Under the pieces are notes generated by a model that ran no database searches, was not told where the DNA came from, and saw only the letters and a program-made list of their open reading frames with translations. Position numbers and translations under genes: made by a program. From a bacterium (GTDB lineage: Bacteria > Patescibacteriota > Minisyncoccia > Phycocordibacterales > Phycocordibacteraceae), in assembly GCA_021784815.1 (NCBI GenBank), contig JAJYHK010000016.1:1-51984 (forward strand): DNA of 51,984 nucleotides. The letters run 5' to 3'. Positions 9,151-17,904 of the stretch are shown here, in pieces (the stretch's first letter is position 1; the number at the start of each line of letters is the position of its first letter).

Positions 9151-9612
9151 CTAAAAATTGCACACAGGAAGGTTGCCCCACCAGCCGTTTGTCGCCATAG
9201 CCGTTACCGAGTAGCCTGTCTTGCAGCACGAGTTGGTTGCTTGGAGGCAGACATACAACCCATATTGCTTACCGTCGGCTGGGTAATAGCGATCACCAGC
9301 AATGAGACTAGGAATCCTAGGAATGTACTCGGGAATAAGCTCGCTGCGTAGTTGCGTGCCATCCGGGCCCGTGTCATTGAGCTGGATATCGCCATTCCCG
9401 GTCGGTGGCGGAAACTCCGGATAAACGCCGTGATCTGTGTAATAGGCCTGGATGGCGGTTTCCAGAGACTTTATGTCGGAAATGCGCGCTGCGTCTGCTC
9501 CTTTCGCGCGCGCGGTGCTTAGAGAGGCAAGCACGACCGACGAAAGGAGCCCGATGATGGCAATCACCACAAGAAGTTCTATGAGCGTGAACCCGCCAGC
9601 GCGTACCCGCAT
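9151..9612 (-). CDS. Type IV pilin / type II secretion pseudopilin
   Basis: Prepilin cleavage motif G-FTLIELLVVIAIIGLLSSVVLASL; C-terminal cysteines. Confidence 0.92.
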   Translation of the reverse strand: MRVRAGGFTLIELLVVIAIIGLLSSVVLASLSTARAKGADAARISDIKSLETAIQAYYTDHGVYPEFPPPTGNGDIQLNDTGPDGTQLRSELIPEYIPRIPSLIAGDRYYPADGKQYGLYVCLQATNSCCKTGYSVTAMATNGWWGNLPVCNF

Positions 9613-9744
9613 GCTGTCACTACAGTATACTATAATTTTGTTCCTGGGTATATGAAACAATCTTTCTTTTATAACGCGTTTCTTATCTTCGTGCCTGTTG
9701 CTCGGAAGTCGGCGGCGCGGTACTGTGATGCTGCGTTATCGTTC

Positions 9745-9829
9745 GGGCATGTGGCGGAATTGGTATACGCGTACGTCTCAGAAGCGTATGGAGCAATCCT
9801 TGGGAGTTCGAGTCTCCCCATGCCCACCA
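9745..9829 (+). tRNA. tRNA-Leu(CAG)
   Basis: Cloverleaf GGGCATG...CATGCCC-A-CCA, anticodon loop CT-CAG-AA, long variable arm. Confidence 0.95.
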
Positions 9830-9844
9830 GCCCAGACAGGCGAT

Positions 9845-9920
9845 GCGCGGTTAGCTCAGTTGGTAGAGCAACCCGTTTACACCGGGTAGGTCGGGGGTTC
9901 GAGTCCCTCACCGCGCACCA
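9845..9920 (+). tRNA. tRNA-Val(TAC)
   Basis: Anticodon arm ACCCG-TT-TAC-AC-CGGGT, T-loop GTTCGAG, encoded CCA. Confidence 0.95.
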
Positions 9921-10616
9921 ATGGAATTGCCAATTCTCTACGAAGACGCCGACCTTGTCGTAATCGACAAGCCGTCGGGACTCATGACGCACGCCGACGG
10001 GCGCTTGGAATTGGAAACGGAAACGGCAGAAAGCTGGTTTAAAGAGAAATATCCGGAGGTCATCCTCGAGCGACCGTATGTCCATCGGCTCGACCGGGAA
10101 ACGAGCGGCGTGCTCGTGTTTGCAAAAAATGAAAACGCGCACGAATTCCTGCGCAAAGCCTTTACCGACCGCGACGTGCGTAAGACCTACCTCGCGCTCG
10201 TGTACGGCGCGCCCCAAGAGCGCGAGGGCGTGATTGATTTCGATATCGGCCGGTCGCGCAAAGACTTTCGCTTGAGGAGCGCGCAGCCGAAAGCGAAAGG
10301 TCGTCTCCGAGAAGCGCTCACGCGCTATAAAGTGCTCGGCGAAATTGGGCAGGGAAGCAAGAAATTCGCGCTTCTTGAGGTGTCGCCGGAAACCGGTCGC
10401 ACCCACCAGATTCGCGTGCACCTGAAAGCGATTCACCACTCGGTCGTATGCGATCCGCTCTATGCGCCGAAGCATCCGGCGGTGCTCGGGCTTACACGCC
10501 TCGCGCTGCACGCGCACAAGCTTGATTTACCGCTGCCCTCTGGTGGGCGCGTGGAAATCGTCGCGCCCGTTCCGGGCGATCTCAGGCCAGCCTTTTCAAA
10601 AGCAGCTTCGTTCTAA
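9921..10616 (+). CDS. RluA-family pseudouridine synthase
   Basis: DKPSGL, HRLDRETSG and TGRTHQIRVHL motifs. Confidence 0.95.
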   Translation: MELPILYEDADLVVIDKPSGLMTHADGRLELETETAESWFKEKYPEVILERPYVHRLDRETSGVLVFAKNENAHEFLRKAFTDRDVRKTYLALVYGAPQEREGVIDFDIGRSRKDFRLRSAQPKAKGRLREALTRYKVLGEIGQGSKKFALLEVSPETGRTHQIRVHLKAIHHSVVCDPLYAPKHPAVLGLTRLALHAHKLDLPLPSGGRVEIVAPVPGDLRPAFSKAASF

Positions 10617-10731
10617 AGCACACGAAAAGGCCGGATTCGCCCACGAGCACATCTCGGGCGTAACGTAAAACAGCGGGCTTTTCGCTCGCCGTTTTGCGTT
10701 TCTGAGCCGCGCGTGGTACCGTGTGCGGGTC

Positions 10732-11214
10732 ATGGACAAGGTACTTACGACCATCAACGTCGCGGGACGCGCTAAGCTTGGGATTCGCCCGGGCGACACC
10801 GTGCGCGTCATTCAGAACATCATCGAGCTCAAGAAGGGTCGCGGTGCCGATAAGAAGGAAAAGACGCTCAAGAACACCCGCAAGCAGGCATTTGAGGGCC
10901 TCGTGATTGCGGTTAAGCACGGTACGGAGCCGGGTGCGACCTTCACGGTGCGCGCATCTCTCTCGGGCGTCGGCGTCGAGAAGACGTTCCCGCTCTACTC
11001 GCCAATGATCGACTCGATTGAAATCGTAAAGCGCTCGAAAATGCGCCGCGCGAAGCTCTATTTCATCCGCGAGAAGGCGGCTAAAGCGGTCCGCCGTCAG
11101 CTGCGCAATGCGCGCATGGTGCACGAGAAAAGCGAGGAAGAACTGCCTGAGAGAGAGCCTACGGAGGCAGCTAAGGAATCGACAGAGAAGATCGAGGAAG
11201 CGGTTGCCGCGTAG
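10732..11214 (+). CDS. rplS: 50S ribosomal protein L19
   Basis: [29 protein letters not shown] and RRAKLYFIR; start may be 10723. Confidence 0.95.
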   Translation: MDKVLTTINVAGRAKLGIRPGDTVRVIQNIIELKKGRGADKKEKTLKNTRKQAFEGLVIAVKHGTEPGATFTVRASLSGVGVEKTFPLYSPMIDSIEIVKRSKMRRAKLYFIREKAAKAVRRQLRNARMVHEKSEEELPEREPTEAAKESTEKIEEAVAA

Positions 11215-11224
11215 TTCGGTGGGG

Positions 11225-11258
11225 AGCGCCCGTTCCGCTTTGCGGAACGGGCGCTTTT
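11225..11258 (+). terminator. Intrinsic terminator after rplS
   Basis: 14-bp perfect stem followed by T residues. Confidence 0.75.
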
Positions 11259-11278
11259 CGTTTATAGTGCCTTCGATT

Positions 11279-11363
11279 GCGCAGGTGGCGAAATTGGTAG
11301 ACGCACTACCTTGAGGTGGTAGCCCCCGTTAAGGGGATGGAGGTTCGAGTCCTCTCCTGCGCA
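11279..11363 (+). tRNA. tRNA-Leu(GAG)
   Basis: GCGCAGG...CCTGCGC-A; anticodon arm CTACC-TT-GAG-GT-GGTAG; CCA not encoded. Confidence 0.95.
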
Positions 11364-11576
11364 CAAAACGAAAGAGTCGGAGGTGAAGAATGATTGCGCG
11401 AGGAGCGTCCCGAGACGAAAGTGTACCTCATTGACTTTCCTCGCTCCTTTTTGCGCTCGCGCGGCTTGTCAACCGCGGAGCGGACGTTCCGGAAGAGACG
11501 TCGCGCCATGGGTGCGTGGCGTAAAACGGAAGTCGTGTTATAAAACATGCACTTGCGGCGCACGCCGGAAGAGTAT

Positions 11577-11653
11577 GGCGGCGTTAGCTCAGTTGGTAGA
11601 GCTCTCGGTTGTGGTCCGAGCGGTCGTGGGTTCGAATCCCACACGTCGCCCCA
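11577..11653 (+). tRNA. tRNA-His(GTG)
   Basis: Anticodon arm CTCGG-TT-GTG-GT-CCGAG; G-1:C73 identity pair; encoded CCA. Confidence 0.95.
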
Positions 11654-11661
11654 AGTCATAT

Positions 11662-12108
11662 ATGCAAACTGAACCGAATAAGAAGTTTGTCATGAAGTGC
11701 CGGGCGATCATCGTGCACGAGGGGAAGCTTCTCGTAGTGAGTCATCCGCATGATACGAGTTTCTATGCGCTTCCGGGCGGGCACTTGGAGTGGGGCGAAA
11801 CGCCGCAAGCATGCGTGCGCCGAGAGGTTGTCGAGGAGCTCGGCGTCGAACCGGAGCTCGGGAGATTGCTGTACGTAAACACATATCTTGAGAACAGCCG
11901 GAAACACGTAACGGAGTTTTTCTTTGAGGTACTCAATAGCGCAGATTTCGTTCATTTGGAAGGCCGTGAGCGTACCCACGCTTTTGAATTACAGGCGATA
12001 CGATGGCTCGCGCCCGAAGACGACGCGAAAATTCTGCCTGAACAATTTGGCGCCGATTTTCGCGGAAGAAGGATTTTTTCGGACAGTACCCGATATATAG
12101 GCAAGTAG
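11662..12108 (+). CDS. NUDIX hydrolase
   Basis: Nudix box GGHLEWGETPQACVRREVVEELG; start placed after tRNA-His. Confidence 0.9.
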   Translation: MQTEPNKKFVMKCRAIIVHEGKLLVVSHPHDTSFYALPGGHLEWGETPQACVRREVVEELGVEPELGRLLYVNTYLENSRKHVTEFFFEVLNSADFVHLEGRERTHAFELQAIRWLAPEDDAKILPEQFGADFRGRRIFSDSTRYIGK

Positions 12109-12266
12109 TCCGTGATTTTCTAAGACGCCGCCGGTACCCGTTTTGTTCGTGCCGCGATCTCGATACTCAGCACGTGGGCTTGCGTGAACGGCGCGTGAAT
12201 GCACGGGGATAGCGATCGACAACGTTATGTGGTACTGCTTATTTTGGAAGCGCGCTAAAGAGGAGA

Positions 12267-12521
12267 ATGAGTATGTCGTGCGAACCAGAAGGCACTAAGG
12301 CGACGCCTTTCCCAGACCGTTCAGGAGAATCTGCAGCGGCAGCCCAGCGTACGGTGAGCGGACAGACGGGTGTATTCGCCCGGACCGGCATCTGCCCACA
12401 ATGCGGCAGGGTTGTACCCGTTGAGGAAGATCCTCCATTTACGGCACTTTCGAGCCCGGATGCGCGGAAATGGCACCGGGCGTGCGATTGCAAAGGGTTA
12501 GGGATGATTGTCGGACCATAG
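12267..12521 (+). CDS. Small hypothetical protein, possibly zinc-binding
   Basis: GAGGAG upstream of the ATG; CPQC...HRAC motifs. Confidence 0.35.
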   Translation: MSMSCEPEGTKATPFPDRSGESAAAAQRTVSGQTGVFARTGICPQCGRVVPVEEDPPFTALSSPDARKWHRACDCKGLGMIVGP

Positions 12522-12587
12522 GACGGCGGTGTGCGCGGGTGGGAGCAATCCCGGCCGCGCACTTATTTTTTGTGCTAGCATGCCGCC

Positions 12588-12998
12588 ATGAAAAATTTCT
12601 TTGCGGAATTTCGCGCGTTTGCGGTGCGCGGCAACGCGATCGATCTCGCGGTCGGCGTCGTCATCGGCGCGGCATTCAATCAAATCACCACGTCGCTGGC
12701 CAATAACGTCCTCACGCCGCCTATCGGTCTTCTGCTCGGCGGCCTCGATTTTTCCAAACTTGAAGTCTCGCTCGGCGGCAAGTCGGTCATCGCCTTCGGA
12801 CTATTCCTACAAGCGGTTCTCAACTTTTTCATCATCGCCTTTGCGCTTTTCTTGCTCGTAAAGGTGATTAACCGTCTCCAAGCGAACCGCAAAGAAGAGG
12901 AAAAACAGGAGGCACAGCAGCCAGCGGAGAGTCCGGAGCTCAAGGTGCTGCTCGAGATCCGCGACGCGCTGCACTCCCGGAACGGGGAACGAGCGTAG
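12588..12998 (+). CDS. mscL: Large-conductance mechanosensitive channel
   Basis: EFRAFAVRGNAIDLAVGVVIGAAF and LLEIRDAL. Confidence 0.96.
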   Translation: MKNFFAEFRAFAVRGNAIDLAVGVVIGAAFNQITTSLANNVLTPPIGLLLGGLDFSKLEVSLGGKSVIAFGLFLQAVLNFFIIAFALFLLVKVINRLQANRKEEEKQEAQQPAESPELKVLLEIRDALHSRNGERA

Positions 12999-13036
12999 TG
13001 CTGCCGACGCCGTGGTACCATGCTTGAGCAACTTCC

Positions 13037-13687
13037 ATGAAGAGCCTGTTTTTTGGAGTCCTTATTCTGGTGGTAGTGGGCGTCGGCGGTCTCATCTATC
13101 GCAACGCGGTTCAGCACCCAAACCAAAAAGTAGCCTGTCCGGTTGATGCTGAAATCTGCCCGAACGGTGCTTCGCTCGCTCGGGTCGGGCCGTCGTGCTC
13201 CTTTCCAGCGTGTCCGCCGCCGAACGTCACGCTCTCAAGCGCGAATGTTTCCTACGCCGTCCCCGCAGGTTTTAACAGCATCACCGGTTCGTCTGATCCG
13301 TCGGTGATCGCCGAGTACGACCTGGCGAACGCATCCTCCACAGGGGCTGGCGCGTCCCTTTTCATTCGGAAGTATTCGATCGCCGCTTCTTCGACCGCGC
13401 TTGCGACTATTGAGCAGACGGCGGTAGGTTACCCATCGGGTCAACTCGTCAGCCCGAACGCCTTTACCTCGACAGTCATCGGGTTCCATCGATTCACAAT
13501 CGTTACGATAGAGCGAGCCAGCGGGGCCATCGATACTGCATATTATCTCAACCGCGGCAGCGACGTGCTCCGCTTTGATGCGGTGGACTATAACGTCGCG
13601 AACTGGAATGATCCGAGTCTGCGTCTTTCCGCGTTGCCGGCGCAGCAAGGGCTCAAGTACCTCTTGTCCACGCTGCAGGGCGACTAA
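13037..13687 (+). CDS. Membrane-anchored exported protein with a Cys-rich motif
   Basis: N-terminal TM segment; ACPVDAEICPNG...GPSCSFPACP. Confidence 0.75.
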   Translation: MKSLFFGVLILVVVGVGGLIYRNAVQHPNQKVACPVDAEICPNGASLARVGPSCSFPACPPPNVTLSSANVSYAVPAGFNSITGSSDPSVIAEYDLANASSTGAGASLFIRKYSIAASSTALATIEQTAVGYPSGQLVSPNAFTSTVIGFHRFTIVTIERASGAIDTAYYLNRGSDVLRFDAVDYNVANWNDPSLRLSALPAQQGLKYLLSTLQGD

Positions 13688-13761
13688 TTTTCTTACCGGA
13701 AAGGTTATAGTTCATGTGGCGCTGGCCTCCGGCGCGTTGCTATGAATCTGACTAACCTTCC

Positions 13762-14547
13762 ATGGACCAAGAGCACATGCACACACTCAGCGATTCGGGG
13801 ATACGGGTGGCGGTTGTCGTCGTGCTCGCCACGCTTGCGGTCTTCCTTGTCGCGGAGACGATCTCGATCGGTCGGGGACTGACTACGCCCACCAGAGCGC
13901 CCGCGGATACGATTACCGTGACTGGAACCGGAACGGTCGCGCTTCCGCCCGACATTGCGTACCTTACCTTCACGGTGCAGAACCGCGCGGCTGATGTCGC
14001 TGCGGCGCAGGACGCGACGACCAAGCAGGCGAACGCGGCGATTGCCTACGTGAAGCAGCAGGGCATTGCGGACAAAGACGTAACGACGCTCTCATACAAC
14101 ATTACGCCGCAGTACAAAACGGCAATGTGTCCCATCGGGGTGTACTGCCCGGTGTCGAACGAGGTCGCTGGTTACCAGGTTTCCGAGTCGGTGCGTGTGA
14201 CCGTGCGCGATCTCTCGAAAGTAAGTCTGCTCCTTTCGGGACTCGGCCGGCAAAACGTGCAGAACGTATCCGGTCCAGAGTTCGGCCTCGCGGACCCGAA
14301 TGAGGGGACGGATGCGGCGCGTGCGAAGGCCATCGACAACGCAAAAGCAGAAGCGCAGACGCTTGCCGTGCAGCTTGGCGTGGGTCTTGGCCGCATCGTG
14401 TCCTTCAATGAGAACACTGCGCCATACCGGGTGTACTCGACGATGGGCATGGGCGGGTCCGAAGCGGCTGCAGCGCCGCAACCGGAGCTCCCGGCCGGGC
14501 AGAACACCTATACCGCAAACGTCTCGATTACATACGCGATTCAGTAA
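13762..14547 (+). CDS. SIMPL (DUF541/YggE) domain protein
   Basis: ITVTGTGTVALPPDIA, ARAKAIDNAKAEA and C-terminal ANVSITYAI. Confidence 0.92.
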   Translation: MDQEHMHTLSDSGIRVAVVVVLATLAVFLVAETISIGRGLTTPTRAPADTITVTGTGTVALPPDIAYLTFTVQNRAADVAAAQDATTKQANAAIAYVKQQGIADKDVTTLSYNITPQYKTAMCPIGVYCPVSNEVAGYQVSESVRVTVRDLSKVSLLLSGLGRQNVQNVSGPEFGLADPNEGTDAARAKAIDNAKAEAQTLAVQLGVGLGRIVSFNENTAPYRVYSTMGMGGSEAAAAPQPELPAGQNTYTANVSITYAIQ

Positions 14548-14662
14548 GACGGAGGCTCGACGCAAGACCCCATTGCTGCGTCGGGGTGGGCGGGTTGTCG
14601 GTATTGCATCGAGTTAGGCAAGGTACCTTCGATACACCTGCCCGAGTGGCTCGAGCGCGGCG

Positions 14663-14691
14663 TTGACGGCTCCCGGTGCTCGTAGTATCAT
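14663..14691 (+). promoter_or_regulatory. Sigma70-type promoter for secE-nusG
   Basis: TTGACG-17 nt-TATCAT. Confidence 0.6.
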
Positions 14692-14744
14692 GCTCGCAAC
14701 GAAAAGCCCGCCGGGCTTTTTTATTTATCCGTCATTTTCCGCTT

Positions 14745-14930
14745 ATGAACGCACTCACTTCGTATCTGAAGCATGTCCGCAACGAGTTCGTGCATATCGT
14801 GTGGCCGACGCCGCGCACGGCGCTTGCGCACACTCTGGTTGTCATCATCATCGCTGTTGTTATAGCCGCTGTTGTTGGTGTGGCTGACTACGGTTTCAGT
14901 AGCGCGGTCTCGCATATCGTCGGCGGATAG
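14745..14930 (+). CDS. secE: Preprotein translocase subunit SecE
   Basis: YLKHVRNEFVHIVWPT plus a single TM segment; directly before nusG. Confidence 0.9.
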   Translation: MNALTSYLKHVRNEFVHIVWPTPRTALAHTLVVIIIAVVIAAVVGVADYGFSSAVSHIVGG

Positions 14931-14941
14931 TCCCCAGCATT

Positions 14942-15583
14942 ATGGAGGAGAACAACAGCGAGATGCGCGACGAAGTGAGCCTTCCGGAAGAGGCGGGTAT
15001 GGCAGACATTGCGCCAGGAATAGTAAAGCACGTCATCGACGAGACCAAGACGAACCCCGAAGATGCGCGCTGGTACACCATCCACACGTACGCCGGATAC
15101 GAGAACGCGGTCGAACGCAACCTGAAGCAGCGCATCGCGTCTTTGGGCATGGAGAACAAGATTTTCGACGTGATCGTGCCGACGGAAAAAAAGATCCGCG
15201 TGAAGGGCGGCAAGCGCATCGTCGAGAAGGAGAAGATCTACCCGGGCTACATCCTCGTGCGCATGATCGTGGACGATGACTCGTGGTTCGTGGTGCGCAA
15301 TACGCCGCGTGTGACCGGCTTCGTGGGCTCGGGCAACACGCCCGTGCCGATGGAACAGGCGGAAGTGGCGTCCTTGATGAAGCGTATGATCGCCGATGCG
15401 CCCAAGCACCACATCGACCTTATGAAGGACGACCCGGTCGTCATCGCGGATGGACCGTTCAAGGATCTCGAAGGGAAGGTGGGCGACATCGACGAGGAAC
15501 GCGGCAAGGTGAAGGTCATGGTGAGCATGTTCGGCCGCGAGACCCCGGTCGAGCTCGACTTCCTCCAGGTGCGCAAGCTCTGA
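14942..15583 (+). CDS. nusG: Transcription termination/antitermination factor NusG
   Basis: WYTIHTYAGYE, YPGYILV, VRNTPRVTGFVG, KOW motif and MFGRETPVELDF. Confidence 0.97.
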   Translation: MEENNSEMRDEVSLPEEAGMADIAPGIVKHVIDETKTNPEDARWYTIHTYAGYENAVERNLKQRIASLGMENKIFDVIVPTEKKIRVKGGKRIVEKEKIYPGYILVRMIVDDDSWFVVRNTPRVTGFVGSGNTPVPMEQAEVASLMKRMIADAPKHHIDLMKDDPVVIADGPFKDLEGKVGDIDEERGKVKVMVSMFGRETPVELDFLQVRKL

Positions 15584-15624
15584 ACCTGGCGTTTTTTAGC
15601 AATCTCTTGTAAGGTACTCGCACT

Positions 15625-16044
15625 ATGGCAGTAGTCGTAAAAAAGATTAAGCTTCAGATCCCGGGTGCTAAGGCCACGCCGGCGCCGCCGGTAGGTACTG
15701 CACTTGGACCTGCGGGCGTGAACATCGGCCAGTTCGTGACCCAGTTCAATGACGCGACGAAGGATAAAGCGGGCACGATCATCCCGGTCGAGCTCTCGGT
15801 GTACGACGACCGCTCGTTCACGTTTATCATGAAGAGCCCACCGGCCTCGCGCCTCATCCTTAAGGCAGCCGGTATCGAGAAGGGCGCGAGCAAGGTGCCG
15901 CAGCAGAAGGCCGGAGAGATCACGAAGGCGCAGGTTATAGAGATCGCCGCCGAGAAGATGGAGGACTTGAACGCCGGCACGCCCGAGGCGGCCGCTCGCA
16001 TCATCGAGGGCACGGCGCGCTCCATGGGCGTGCACGTGAAGTAG
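15625..16044 (+). CDS. rplK: 50S ribosomal protein L11
   Basis: [18 protein letters not shown] and GTARSMG. Confidence 0.97.
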   Translation: MAVVVKKIKLQIPGAKATPAPPVGTALGPAGVNIGQFVTQFNDATKDKAGTIIPVELSVYDDRSFTFIMKSPPASRLILKAAGIEKGASKVPQQKAGEITKAQVIEIAAEKMEDLNAGTPEAAARIIEGTARSMGVHVK

Positions 16045-16159
16045 GGTTCTTTTGTTTCTGAAATAAAAACACCCGCGGCGCCGAAAGACGCCACGGGTGT
16101 TGCATTTTTCCTCTCAAGTACGTACGGTATCCTCGGACCCATTCCTTTGGAGGTATGTG

Positions 16160-16768
16160 ATGGAAAAGAAAGAGACGCTCGCTTGGCTCCCCGAGACCGA
16201 CCCAGCGGTCTCCAGAAGAATGTTTCAGTACAAGCTAGATCGTTCGTATACGCGGCCGTCCCAGCTCGACATCGAAGCACAGAAGGCGATCGTTATATCG
16301 AAACGCAGCACCTGTCTATTCTACGAGGTCGGCGCCACGCTCTTCTACATGAAGAGCGGCATCTACCATCTCTCTGACGGTTATAATGGCGCCTCGCGAG
16401 GCGACGTGGATCCGCGCATCGAGGGCTGCGCGCGAATCGTGGGCGGAAAGCTGGAGGAAGGGAAGGGCTTGTGTCGCGGTTCACACGCAGAACTGAATGC
16501 TATCGGCAACTGTCCGGTGGATCCGGCGACGTATGAAAACGTGGGCATGATGGTTACGCTCCATCCCTGCTACGGCTGCGCTAAGCAGATCGTCAATCGT
16601 GGCATCAAAACGGTGTATTACATCTGGGAATACGGTCGCGAGGATTTCGTAACCGACTATCTGACTCGACTCGGCGTCGATGTTAAGAAATATTCTTCGA
16701 CGTTCTTGCGGCGCTGGATCGAGCGCAATGGATACGATCCGATCGGTTTGCGGCATCAGGAACCGTAG
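16160..16768 (+). CDS. dCMP deaminase (ComEB-like)
   Basis: RSTC, GYNG, and zinc motifs HAELNAI and PCYGC; GGAGG upstream. Confidence 0.88.
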   Translation: MEKKETLAWLPETDPAVSRRMFQYKLDRSYTRPSQLDIEAQKAIVISKRSTCLFYEVGATLFYMKSGIYHLSDGYNGASRGDVDPRIEGCARIVGGKLEEGKGLCRGSHAELNAIGNCPVDPATYENVGMMVTLHPCYGCAKQIVNRGIKTVYYIWEYGREDFVTDYLTRLGVDVKKYSSTFLRRWIERNGYDPIGLRHQEP

Positions 16769-16780
16769 TTGCCGGAATAA

Positions 16781-16813
16781 AACCCCCGCGGCAATCGTTT
16801 GCCGCGGGGGGTT
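16781..16813. terminator. Bidirectional terminator between the deaminase and thyX
   Basis: CCCCCGCGGCAA-TCGT-TTGCCGCGGGGG. Confidence 0.75.
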
Positions 16814-16818
16814 CTGTT

Positions 16819-17760
16819 TCAGGCGTGTGCGGGCTTGAGCGCCGATCGAAGCTCCTCCCACTCGCGCTTGTTGAGCCCGCTCGTCTCCTGGGTGACTGCT
16901 TCGCCTGCGAGCATGCGCCGCAGGGCGCCGAGCATGGCCGCCGAGAAAGTGAAAGCGCCAAGGCGATACTCCTTGAATGCCGCAAACGCGAATGGCACCC
17001 AAGCCTCCACTGTCTGCAGCAGCACGTCGGCGTACGCGCGAATTTCGTACTGCGCGTGCGGGTCGGCACGCAGAGAGAGGAAGTGGAACAGATTGTGCAG
17101 GTCGATCTTCCAGTACCACTGCGTGTAGGTGTTGAGCGTCAGGTTCATGCGCGCAAGCTCGCGCGCCAGCCCCTGCCGGTAGGGATCAATGGGCGACCCG
17201 TCCGGGTTTTCATTGAGCATCTCGACGTAGTGGTCGTAGTTGCGCCCCGCGTCTTCGGCGAGAAGCCGGAGCACTTCAGCGGCCTCGGGGCCGTCGAGCA
17301 CCGCGCCGCGACCTTGGCGGTTCGTGGTCGACTGCGCCGCGAGGTGTTCCGACGCCGGAATGTAGAACTCTCGGTCGAGGATCGAATACCGCGCCGAGTA
17401 CTCGTTCACGTTTGCCGTGCGGTGCCGGATCCACTGCCGCGCCACGAAGATAGGCAGCTTTACGTGGTACTTGATCTCGCACATCTCGAATGGCGTCGAG
17501 TGGCGATGCCGCATGAGATAGCGAATCAGCCCGGCACTCTCCGATACGCGCTGCGTGCCGCGGCCGTAGGAGACACGTGCCGCCTGCACGATGGCGTCGT
17601 CGTCGCCCATATAGTCGACGACGCGGACGAAGCCATGATCAAGGACTGGCTGCGCGGTGTGCAGGATTTCTTCCAGGGCCGGAACGGTTGGCCGCTTCGT
17701 CGCGTTGTGCTCACTCCGCGCCGCGGCGATTTCGGCCAGTTGGTCGGGTGTAAGGGTCAC
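16819..17760 (-). CDS. thyX: Flavin-dependent thymidylate synthase
   Basis: AARVSY, HSTPFE, ThyX motif [14 protein letters not shown] and HAQYEIR. Confidence 0.96.
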   Translation of the reverse strand: MTLTPDQLAEIAAARSEHNATKRPTVPALEEILHTAQPVLDHGFVRVVDYMGDDDAIVQAARVSYGRGTQRVSESAGLIRYLMRHRHSTPFEMCEIKYHVKLPIFVARQWIRHRTANVNEYSARYSILDREFYIPASEHLAAQSTTNRQGRGAVLDGPEAAEVLRLLAEDAGRNYDHYVEMLNENPDGSPIDPYRQGLARELARMNLTLNTYTQWYWKIDLHNLFHFLSLRADPHAQYEIRAYADVLLQTVEAWVPFAFAAFKEYRLGAFTFSAAMLGALRRMLAGEAVTQETSGLNKREWEELRSALKPAHA

Positions 17761-17904
17761 GAGCCACTCCTCTGGCTGGTTTCGGAGCTAAGTTCTCCGA
17801 AGGCACGATACGCGGAATTGCTCTGGAAGGCAATCAACGACAGGGTTTTACATTGCCTGCTTGAGACGGTACATTTTCCCTGGATCAACCAGGAGGATAC
17901 GCCT

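Noticed and set aside
11365-11450. Possible ribozyme or ncRNA between tRNA-Leu and tRNA-His
   Set aside because: Only short pairings (GAAAG.GTC/GACTTTC, GAGGT/ACCTC) and no hammerhead core; insufficient support
11383-11661. Extended N-terminus of the Nudix ORF
   Set aside because: Overlaps tRNA-His; the true start is 11662
14555-14660. SRP (4.5S) or 6S RNA
   Set aside because: Lacks the GGAA tetraloop/domain IV motif on either strand and is too short for 6S
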